Assembly (NCBI GenBank): GCA_001563915.1
Contig: LKMP01000017.1
Coordinates: 1 to 15,215 of the forward strand
Length of the DNA: 15,215 nt
Direction: 5' to 3'
DNA from: Nanohaloarchaea archaeon B1-Br10_U2g21
Lineage (GTDB): Archaea > Nanohalarchaeota > Nanosalinia > Nanosalinales > Nanosalinaceae
Shown: positions 7,946 to 15,215 of the stretch, piece after piece
Position numbering within the stretch: position 1 is the stretch's first letter
Layout: every line of letters starts with the position of its first letter
Notes under the pieces: generated by a model
Told to the model about the DNA's origin: nothing
Databases searched by the model: none
Seen by the model: only the letters and a program-made list of their open reading frames with translations
Translations under genes and position numbers: made by a program

Positions 7946-8589
7946 GTTAATGCCTCTCTTATTATATAAAGCACTGTCAACAGCAGCAAAGCTACCAGTA
8001 TATATGTGGATGCACTGAAGCCTTCACCTTCTTCAACAGTTTCTTGCTCCTCCTGTTCTTCTCCCCTTTCTGTTTCATTTACTTGTTCGGAGGTTTTTGT
8101 TTCTTCTTCCTCTGTATCATTTCCATCTCTCGTTTCTTCGGGCGTTATGAGATCGCCTCCGAACCCATGTTCCTCCTCAAAACCTGAAGCATACTCAAAG
8201 CTGTACTCCCGTTCTTGTACGACTAAAGGACCTGTTCCTCCTTGATCTCGGTAAGCTCTCAAAGTTACTGGAACTTCATAGACTCCTTGCACAGGATCTT
8301 TATCTGAAACGTTCACGCCATAATAGTTGACTGGTAGATTCTCTCCCCGGTACATATACTGGGAGCTTGGGTCATTGATATCAAAAGTTCTGTTTCTTTC
8401 ATATTCGTAATTTAGGCCTTCTACCTCTTCTATATCTATTTCGACTATTATTTCTTCATCAGCCACAACACCTATTTTAAATTCCGCTTTAGGACCTTCT
8501 TGCTGTTTATCAGAAGCAAAAGTTCCAAAAATAGCTTGAGCTGAAGAAATTAAGAGGAATAATACTAGAATTAGACTTATTTTTCTCAT
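7942..8589 (-). CDS. Secreted single-domain surface protein with an acidic stalk and C-terminal TM anchor (215 aa)
   Basis: Signal peptide ending SSAQA, beta-rich domain ending GVYEVPVTLRA...QEREYSFEY, E/T-rich linker, TM YILVALLLLTVLYII. ATGA overlap with the next gene. Confidence 0.85.
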   Translation of the reverse strand: MRKISLILVLFLLISSAQAIFGTFASDKQQEGPKAEFKIGVVADEEIIVEIDIEEVEGLNYEYERNRTFDINDPSSQYMYRGENLPVNYYGVNVSDKDPVQGVYEVPVTLRAYRDQGGTGPLVVQEREYSFEYASGFEEEHGFGGDLITPEETRDGNDTEEEETKTSEQVNETERGEEQEEQETVEEGEGFSASTYILVALLLLTVLYIIREALT

Positions 8590-8595
8590 TTAGTG

Positions 8596-10368
8596 TTATC
8601 CCTCTGTTGTGTTAGCTTTGAAAGTTATACTTCCCGTATATGCTCCTCTAATTATGCCTTGAGGCACATCAAGCCAATAGTTAAAGCTTAGTATTTCTCC
8701 AGGATCTAAATCTTCATCTACACGAGTGAAACTAGATCCTATGGTTTCTGGCTCATTATTTCCTTCAATAGAATAAGACATATTTCCAATACCTATACTG
8801 TATCTAGATTCTTCCTCAGATATGAGATCACTACCTTTAATCCATAGATGATCCACAGTATTACTTTCTTCATCTACTGTCAAGTTATATCCCTGCTCAT
8901 TATCTTGTGCTGGCCTTTCAGAGTCACCAGGATCTAAAAGCCCGAAATCTATAACATTCCAGCCCATATCAAGTAATAATATTTCTTCAACAGTTATCTG
9001 TGTCCTATTAGAAGACTGTGATTCAATATCATAGTTCGAAGAGGCTTCAAAGTCTAATAGATGAGTTGATCCATCTTCACCAGTAGCATTTACACTCCAG
9101 TCTATTTCACATCTTTCGTCTTGTTTGAGATCATCACAGTTGTCAGTTCTCATTTCTGTGACTTCAAATATGTCTTCATTAAATGATTCTTGTTGACCCG
9201 AATCATTGCTTCTAGGTTCAAGATCGAGTGTGCCGCAATCTCCTCCAATACAGTCTATAAAGCCTGTAAAGTTGAATTCACGATTTTTCTGCACAACAGA
9301 TCCATCTATAGGATTTTCAACAAATGCTTCAATTATCCCTAGAACAGTAACATCTAGTTCATGATTATCGCTATCTTGAGTGTCTTCGGTTGTTAATACC
9401 TCAAAACTCTGTTCAAATGTATTAGTAGATGCTTGACTAATATTGACTATATAGTTTGCATTTAGTTGTTGTTCAGGCTCTAAAGTGCCTCCGTTCCCTG
9501 TGTTCCAGCTTACTTCCCCTTCAGAGAAGTCTCCGCCTTCTTTTATCTCATCTAATTCATAATAAATGTCTTCTGCGGTATCTAATTCCCAAGATTGATT
9601 CAGGCCTTCATGAACAATAGAGTCTGAAGAAGTTAGAACCCAGTCATCAGATCCTTGGTTTTTAACCTCAAAAGAAAACCTGTACTCTTCAGAACTAGAC
9701 TGATTTAAATTAAAAGTTTTGTTTAGACCTTCATCCACTAACTCTCCCCCAGTTCTTTGACTTTCTTCATCTGTAACGTTAAAAATCTGTATATTTTCTA
9801 GTGACGGCAAGGCAGCATTTTCTCCTGTTGTATATCCTGAAAACTCTGAAACATTATAGCTGAAAACCTCGTTTTCAGAGTCATAACTTGATTCAAAATC
9901 CGAAACACTGTTTAATCCCCATTCTTGACATTCCAGCCCTTCAAAATCCATACATTGAGCTATTCTGTCAGGTTGTTCGCGTTCTAAAGTTAGTTTTGCT
10001 GTATCAAAGTCAATAGATTGGTTGTTAAAGTAAAATTTATCTGCATGTGTTAGGAATTCTTCTCCTTCCGGCAGTTCTTTCTCAAATATTCGAGGTCTAA
10101 AGTCAAAGTCTTCTGAAATGGAGAAATCATAAAAAGTTGTTTTTGGACCTTCTTCTGGTTCGGCAATTAATTTGTATTGTTCGGCTGTTTCTAGTTCTGT
10201 TTCTAAACTGCCATCAGAAGATTCGATCGTTTCCCCATCAAGCACAACTTCATATTCTACGTTTAATCTGTCTCCATCTGAGTCTAGCGTTTCCACAGTA
10301 AAGTCTGCTGCAGTCGTTGCTAGAGATAAAAATATTAGAATCGTCAGGAGAATTAGTGATTTTTCCAT
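8596..10368 (-). CDS. Secreted multi-domain beta-sandwich surface glycoprotein with no TM anchor (590 aa)
   Basis: Signal peptide. PGF-pre-PGF-like segment (IAQC..CQEW...FSYNVSEFSGY). Cys pairs (CIGGDC, CDDLKQDERC). C-terminal IDFGLLDPG...WLDVPQGIIRGAYTGSITFKA. About 14 N-x-S/T sequons by hand count. Confidence 0.85.
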   Translation of the reverse strand: MEKSLILLTILIFLSLATTAADFTVETLDSDGDRLNVEYEVVLDGETIESSDGSLETELETAEQYKLIAEPEEGPKTTFYDFSISEDFDFRPRIFEKELPEGEEFLTHADKFYFNNQSIDFDTAKLTLEREQPDRIAQCMDFEGLECQEWGLNSVSDFESSYDSENEVFSYNVSEFSGYTTGENAALPSLENIQIFNVTDEESQRTGGELVDEGLNKTFNLNQSSSEEYRFSFEVKNQGSDDWVLTSSDSIVHEGLNQSWELDTAEDIYYELDEIKEGGDFSEGEVSWNTGNGGTLEPEQQLNANYIVNISQASTNTFEQSFEVLTTEDTQDSDNHELDVTVLGIIEAFVENPIDGSVVQKNREFNFTGFIDCIGGDCGTLDLEPRSNDSGQQESFNEDIFEVTEMRTDNCDDLKQDERCEIDWSVNATGEDGSTHLLDFEASSNYDIESQSSNRTQITVEEILLLDMGWNVIDFGLLDPGDSERPAQDNEQGYNLTVDEESNTVDHLWIKGSDLISEEESRYSIGIGNMSYSIEGNNEPETIGSSFTRVDEDLDPGEILSFNYWLDVPQGIIRGAYTGSITFKANTTEG

Positions 10369-10396
10369 CTATGTTTGTTTTTTAGTATGGATGTTT

Positions 10397-10834
10397 TTAG
10401 ATGTATATGACTGTGATTCCTGCTACAAGACCGAGTAGACCTATAAGCACTGTCCACTGATATGTTGTTCGTGCATCTTCGAGCTCTTGTGATAGCTGAT
10501 CTAACTCCTCCACTGTCTCTGACACATATCTAAGTTCTGAAGTTATTTCTCCAGCAGTCTGTCCTCCTATAGTTGCCCCTGAACTTTCAAGCGAGTCCAT
10601 ACTCGACTGGAATCTTTCAGAGTTAACAAGCATTGATGCAGTCTGTATATCTTCACTAGACTGCGAAGCTTGCTCTACTGCATCATCAACAGTATATATT
10701 GCATGTATAGAAACTACTAAAATTGATAACGATGCTATTATCATGACCTTTCCAAGTTCAGCTTGGTCTATCTTGTACTGTTCCCTGAGACTAATTATTT
10801 TCTCTTTAAATTCCAGTACTTCTTCGTGCCCCAT
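10397..10834 (-). CDS. Hypothetical membrane protein: two TM helices flanking a helical loop of about 75 aa (145 aa)
   Basis: TM1 VMIIASLSILVVSIHAIY, heptad-like loop, TM2 WTVLIGLLGLVAGITVIYI. Confidence 0.8.
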   Translation of the reverse strand: MGHEEVLEFKEKIISLREQYKIDQAELGKVMIIASLSILVVSIHAIYTVDDAVEQASQSSEDIQTASMLVNSERFQSSMDSLESSGATIGGQTAGEITSELRYVSETVEELDQLSQELEDARTTYQWTVLIGLLGLVAGITVIYI

Positions 10835-10857
10835 GTTCTGTGTTTTGATTTCTTTGG

Positions 10858-10889
10858 AATTTAACTGTGCTGGGTTAAAAGGCTTTAAG
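10858..10889. promoter_or_regulatory. Back-to-back divergent archaeal promoters
   Basis: Plus strand: AAAAGGC-TTTAAG (TTTAAG at 10884-10889), 24-29 nt before the ATG at 10913. Minus strand: TTAAAT (10864-10859), 25-30 nt before the ATG at 10834. Confidence 0.55.
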
Positions 10890-10912
10890 GATGTGGTTTC
10901 AGAAGTTAATCT

Positions 10913-11314
10913 ATGGAAGTAAAACTTTGGATGGTATTTGAAGCTGTGGCAGCTACCGAAGAAGGTGTTGAAGGAGCTCTAGACGAACATCTTGAAAAAC
11001 TTGGCAATGAGCCAAAAGCTGAAATAGTTGAACAGAATATTGACAAGGTTGAAGAGGTAGAAAATCCACATCCGAGTATTGAGAAAGGTTATTCCCAAGT
11101 AGCTGAAGTAGTAGTAGATGCTTCTAGTTTTGAGGAGTCTGTTGCCCTTGTTATCAATTATGGACCTACTTATATCCAGATTGAGGAGCCTGATTTGTAT
11201 GAATTAAAATTAAAAGAAGGTCAGGAAACACTTCAGGATGTTGCAGATATTATGCGACGTTATGCAGAGATGGGTGTTGGAGGCATGCTTGTATCCAAAA
11301 CCGGAGAAAAATAG
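10913..11314 (+). CDS. Hypothetical alpha/beta protein, probably a conserved archaeal family (133 aa)
   Basis: Intact acidic ORF with its own TATA box. Alternating strand/helix pattern with YSQVAEV and NYGPTYIQIEEP segments. Function unknown. Confidence 0.8.
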   Translation: MEVKLWMVFEAVAATEEGVEGALDEHLEKLGNEPKAEIVEQNIDKVEEVENPHPSIEKGYSQVAEVVVDASSFEESVALVINYGPTYIQIEEPDLYELKLKEGQETLQDVADIMRRYAEMGVGGMLVSKTGEK

Positions 11315-11326
11315 AGAGCGTGGAAA

Positions 11327-12208
11327 ATGAAGCGAAAAATCGTGTTAGTTGTTTTTATTATTCTTATAACTTCTCTAGCATCAGCTAACTCGATAGATGA
11401 GCACAACGTAACTGTTGACTTAGAAGATGATACTGTTGAAGTATCCATGTTTTTCAACAGTATTAGTCAAGACCGTTTTACTTATCTAACCGATCACCCA
11501 GTTGATAACGTAGAGGGCGAAGTTGATGGAGAACCTACTGACTGCGAATTTGAACCTATGTCTCTTGGAGGAGAGATAGTCTGCGATATTGACAAGTTTG
11601 AGGACTTTAAAATAGATCTAGACTATGAAACTTCGGGCTTAACAACCGATCGTAACGGCGCAACAATATTCCGTTACAGTCAAGTAATCTATAGGCCTAC
11701 TAGCAGCCATAATTTCAAGGTTTTCTTGCCGGAAGGAACAGGAATTCTTGAGGAGGATGGAAATATTTCCACACAAGTTGTGGATCCTGAAGATGGCGTG
11801 GTTGGCAGTGAGGGCCGTAGGATACATGTTGAATGGAGTACCGATCCATCTTTAGGAGAATCTGTTTCTTACCAGGTAATATACGAAGATATTCAAACTG
11901 ACTTCAGATTCATTATAGGATTATTAACTCTATTAGTATTGTCTATAGGTTTTATTCGGTTTTACATTACTTACAGGTCTAAAAGAGATATTTCAGGTAT
12001 TTTAGATGAGTTAACAGAGGACGAAATAATGGTTCTAGATTTAATTCGTGAAAACAAAAGCATGTTGCAGAAAGATATTGTTTCCGAATCTGATTACTCA
12101 AAGGCAAAAATTTCAGGAGTTATTTCAAGCTTGGAAGAGAAAAATATTGTTTCAAAGGAGAAAGAAGGCCGAAGTAATAGAGTATGGGTAAAAGAAGAAT
12201 ATCTTTAA
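11327..12208 (+). CDS. Membrane-anchored winged-helix transcriptional regulator (COG2512-like)
   Basis: Signal peptide, extracellular beta domain with a Cys pair (PTDC...IVC) and VFLPEG, TM FIIGLLTLLVLSIGFI, then wHTH LTEDEIMVLDLI..MLQKDIV..YSKAKISGVISSLEEKNIVSKEKEGRSNRV. Confidence 0.88.
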   Translation: MKRKIVLVVFIILITSLASANSIDEHNVTVDLEDDTVEVSMFFNSISQDRFTYLTDHPVDNVEGEVDGEPTDCEFEPMSLGGEIVCDIDKFEDFKIDLDYETSGLTTDRNGATIFRYSQVIYRPTSSHNFKVFLPEGTGILEEDGNISTQVVDPEDGVVGSEGRRIHVEWSTDPSLGESVSYQVIYEDIQTDFRFIIGLLTLLVLSIGFIRFYITYRSKRDISGILDELTEDEIMVLDLIRENKSMLQKDIVSESDYSKAKISGVISSLEEKNIVSKEKEGRSNRVWVKEEYL

Positions 12209-12474
12209 TTTGTATGAGATATTGGAATATACTGGGCAACACCATTCCTTTCCAATCTACAAACACACTCGAGTTCTGAGGCCTGCTCTACTTCTTCAGA
12301 AAGCTCTATTTCAATTTTTTCAGGATCAAAACACGCGAATGATCCTTCTAATCTGTCTCTTTCTATCACTTCTTCTTCTATATCATCGCAGTACGTATCT
12401 TGAGTTCCCGTGGCAGTTACCATACCTGCCGCAAGACCAAGTACGCACGCAATTATGATTAGATATGTTTTCAT
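12205..12474 (-). CDS. Small secreted or membrane-tethered protein with four mature-region Cys (89 aa)
   Basis: N-terminal hydrophobic segment, then YC...ACF...ECVC. ATGA-coupled to the upstream gene. Confidence 0.75.
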   Translation of the reverse strand: MKTYLIIIACVLGLAAGMVTATGTQDTYCDDIEEEVIERDRLEGSFACFDPEKIEIELSEEVEQASELECVCRLERNGVAQYIPISHTN

Positions 12475-13109
12475 TCAAGCACCTCGTACCTGAGTTCTCC
12501 TTCAGATATAAATCCTTCTATTTTTTCTTCATCATCTACTATTAACGTAGGGCTTTGTGTAATGTTGTAATCTATCTCAAGTATTTCAATTATTAGCGAA
12601 TCATCCGTTTCAGTATTAAACGCAAACACTTGGAGATCTGTATCCATAACTATCTCATCTAGCACCGCTCCTTGTCTCTGACTATCAGTAGAATCATCAA
12701 AGAAAAACAGCACTTTATTTTCTTCAGCATCACACTCATCTTTATAGTCTGAAAGCATCATATACAGGCGCAGCTGATTGTTGTAGTATCTATCTCTAAG
12801 ATAATCATATTCGTCTTGATCATACCTGCCTCTTTCATCAAATCTTTCAAGCCTCTGACCTAGTTCAGCTCCTCTTTCAGATATTTCAGGCAATTGTGCC
12901 TCCGCAAGACCACAGTAGGATTCATGATTCTGTTCCATATAATTCTGTAGAACTGTAAATGTTTCAGTTTCTAAATCAGACTGCCTAATTTCATCATTTA
13001 GGTAATCCTGACGAAGATCATCCATTTGTAAGCCTACAAGCACTCCTAATAGCAATATAAGTAGCGTGAATCCTGCTGCTTTCAAGAATGATTCCTGAAC
13101 TATGTCCAT
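12471..13109 (-). CDS. Membrane-anchored protein with a helical hairpin and a C-terminal thioredoxin-like fold lacking CxxC (212 aa)
   Basis: N-terminal TM, helical region bracketed by two Cys (YCG, ECD), then KVLFFF-DDSTDS-QRQGAVLDEI, LQVFAFN, YNITQSPTLIVD..KIEGFISEGEL, which is the thioredoxin beta-alpha pattern with the cis-Pro motif. Confidence 0.7.
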   Translation of the reverse strand: MDIVQESFLKAAGFTLLILLLGVLVGLQMDDLRQDYLNDEIRQSDLETETFTVLQNYMEQNHESYCGLAEAQLPEISERGAELGQRLERFDERGRYDQDEYDYLRDRYYNNQLRLYMMLSDYKDECDAEENKVLFFFDDSTDSQRQGAVLDEIVMDTDLQVFAFNTETDDSLIIEILEIDYNITQSPTLIVDDEEKIEGFISEGELRYEVLE

Positions 13110-14323
13110 ACTTTCTCAATGCGTAATACTTCTTTTAAAACTGCAGCAACCCAAAACACTGACTGGAGTATAAAGTACATAAAGAAGTAAATTAGTAGTG
13201 CTAATCTATGTCGAGGCGTTTCTCCAGAATAACTGTATGCTAAACTAATTATATAGGCTATAAGTACTAAAGAAAGCAACATAGGCGCATAAACCATTAT
13301 ATTAAGCCCTAAAAATGATGCATACACATTTATGGCGCCTAACTCAGGCAAATAAAAACCTGTAGCAGACACTCTGAGCAAAATATTATAGATGCTTAAA
13401 GATACTCCATAAGACACCATCCCCAAACTCATAACAATTAATAATGGCATTATTACAAGCATAGGTAGCTGCAAAGTGCCAAAATAACCATATTTCCTAT
13501 TGAAGAACATTTCTCGATATTTCCAACCATTATATATGAATCCCCGAGCCCACCTAACTCTTTGATTGTATAACGCTCTCAGAGTAGACGGAAATTCCGT
13601 TTTTGAGGAATTAAAGTAAATCATTTCAAAGGATTTACCATATTTTCTTAGTTTAAATGCCATTTCCAAGTCTTCTGTCAGATTGTCTTCATCAAAACCT
13701 CCGGCCTCTTTTACGTCACGAGTACGATAAATAGAGAAAGCGCCCGGAGTAACGTTTAAGGTATTGATTTCAGTCATCAGCATCCTATAAAAATTCGTTA
13801 AACGATATTCTACTTTCTGAATCTTCTTGATAAAATTATCCGTATCTAAAGGCGCTATAGATGCAATAACTGCTCCTAAGTCTTCCCTCTCATGTATGGT
13901 GGCAACTGCTTTCTCCACTAATCCATCATCAATTTTTGAATCAGCATCCTGAACTACTACATACTCAGTATCAGTATATTCTAACCCTGTGTTGAGAGCT
14001 GCAGCCTTACCTTTGTTTTCTTGATGCCTCAAAATTTTGATATTTTTTGATTCAAATTTTTCAGCTTTTTGAAGCGTGCTATCAGTAGAAGCATCATCTA
14101 TAAACACTGCTTTAACAGGGTATTTAAGCTCTTTAACGCTGTTTAACGCTTCTTTGACAACATCCTCTTCATTGAACGCAGGCATTAGTATAGTAATCTC
14201 AGGTCGTTCATCAAGCTTGAGTTCTTCATTTCTTGTTTTCTTAACATTTGAATATATGCTGACGTAGAATACAGAAATGAATATTGAAGAAAATATTAGC
14301 ATCCAAGCCAGGTAAAGTATCAT
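13100..14323 (-). CDS. Processive family 2 glycosyltransferase (cellulose synthase / PgaC-IcaA-like, COG1215)
   Basis: MPAFNEE, IDDASTD, NKGKAAALN, VQDADS, VTPGAFSIYR, GGFD...TEDLE, QRVRW. One N-terminal and several C-terminal TM helices. Confidence 0.93.
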   Translation of the reverse strand: MILYLAWMLIFSSIFISVFYVSIYSNVKKTRNEELKLDERPEITILMPAFNEEDVVKEALNSVKELKYPVKAVFIDDASTDSTLQKAEKFESKNIKILRHQENKGKAAALNTGLEYTDTEYVVVQDADSKIDDGLVEKAVATIHEREDLGAVIASIAPLDTDNFIKKIQKVEYRLTNFYRMLMTEINTLNVTPGAFSIYRTRDVKEAGGFDEDNLTEDLEMAFKLRKYGKSFEMIYFNSSKTEFPSTLRALYNQRVRWARGFIYNGWKYREMFFNRKYGYFGTLQLPMLVIMPLLIVMSLGMVSYGVSLSIYNILLRVSATGFYLPELGAINVYASFLGLNIMVYAPMLLSLVLIAYIISLAYSYSGETPRHRLALLIYFFMYFILQSVFWVAAVLKEVLRIEKVWT

Positions 14324-14330
14324 GAGCGAT

Positions 14331-15215
14331 CTAGTTCTTGTTTATTTCTCTGAGGAACGCTGTTGCATAACATCCTTTTGGTAAGTCAAATTTGACTGTC
14401 ATTTTATTCTTACCCATATTTAGATCGTCTTCTTCTATTTCAAGAATGTCAAAGTTTCTGAAGTCTGCAAAAGCTCTTCTGTAAGTACCTTCAGATCTAA
14501 GTTCCGGAACATCCTGCATTCTGAAGTCTTCCTGTGAAACCTTCTCTTCCTCTAAAATTTCTTTAATCATGTTTTCAGGCATGTTATCTTTGAGATCTGT
14601 TTTGTATCCTACTAGAGGAATTTCATATTTTTCATCGTACCATCCTTCATTTACGAGTCTTGACAGTACTTTATTGAACACCCATGACTGGTATGCGTGT
14701 ATAAACAGTGTTTGAAGACCTTCAGGAAGTCTTTTGATAGCTCCTTTGTAATCCTCAGGATTCTTTGTTAAATGATATAACAAGGTTTTTTCATACCTGA
14801 ATTTTTCTGGAAATCTTTCTGCAGCACCTTCAACTTCACGAGTTTCCCATAAATCTTTTCTGACTTTACGGATTGATTTGTATTCAGATTCGTAAGGTTT
14901 AGCGATATAAGTCCATACAGCCTCTTCATATTCTCCCCTTAGAATATGACGCCCTACTTGGTGCGTTATAGGTCTTGCTGAGCCAAAACGTTGCTCTCCA
15001 AAGTAGTTCGGCATTTTTCCATCCATTTCTTCAACAGTTTTCAGCCCAAAATTCCTTATATTTTCTATAGGTAGCGCTAAGTCTCTAATAGTTATTTCAA
15101 AACGGTTTGCCATCAAATTGCCAAGACCTATCCTATTCCCTTTACCTATTACCTCTAGATCAAATTCATCAGTGAATACTTGATTCACATCTTCTTCTTC
15201 TACTCCTTGAATAGA
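14331..15215 (-). CDS. truD: tRNA pseudouridine(13) synthase TruD, 5'-truncated by the window edge
   Basis: LGNLMANRFEITIR, PNYFGEQRFG, LFIHAYQSWVFN, GTYRRA, FDLPKGCYATAFLREI. The frame is open to the window edge; the catalytic Asp motif is not in view and presumably lies upstream. Confidence 0.95.
   Translation of the reverse strand, partial: SIQGVEEEDVNQVFTDEFDLEVIGKGNRIGLGNLMANRFEITIRDLALPIENIRNFGLKTVEEMDGKMPNYFGEQRFGSARPITHQVGRHILRGEYEEAVWTYIAKPYESEYKSIRKVRKDLWETREVEGAAERFPEKFRYEKTLLYHLTKNPEDYKGAIKRLPEGLQTLFIHAYQSWVFNKVLSRLVNEGWYDEKYEIPLVGYKTDLKDNMPENMIKEILEEEKVSQEDFRMQDVPELRSEGTYRRAFADFRNFDILEIEEDDLNMGKNKMTVKFDLPKGCYATAFLREINKN

Noticed and set aside
8006-14267. Other short ORFs (8006-8245, 10172-10438, 11260-11457, 11639-11827, 12210-12458, 14076-14267)
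   Set aside because: All overlap better-supported genes on the opposite strand and lack motifs or acidic composition.
15095-15125. TruD motif reads ANRF instead of the usual GNxF; possible inactivation
   Set aside because: Single conservative change; all other visible motifs are intact and the catalytic Asp is not in view.

Overview
Gene-dense, low-GC (under about 40% by eye) window encoding extremely acidic proteins. Several genes have archaeal TATA-like boxes about 24-30 nt upstream of the start codon. Together this points to a halophilic DPANN archaeon, probably Nanohaloarchaeota (inference). Left: a MoxR AAA+ / DUF58 / membrane VWA (BatA-like) cluster, split by a three-gene divergent cassette (orphan, a gamma-glutamylcyclotransferase-like protein with a helical insert, and a tandem winged-helix regulator), then an acidic repeat protein. 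Middle: a coupled three-gene operon of secreted, sequon-rich beta-sandwich surface proteins (one unanchored with a WxL-like C-terminus, two membrane anchored), a 2-TM protein and a small hypothetical. Right: a membrane-anchored wHTH one-component regulator converging on a putative truD - processive GT2 synthase - CxxC-less thioredoxin-fold membrane protein - small Cys protein operon. No RNA genes, CRISPR arrays, transposases or integrases were recognised. All family calls come from motif recognition by eye, not from database searches.
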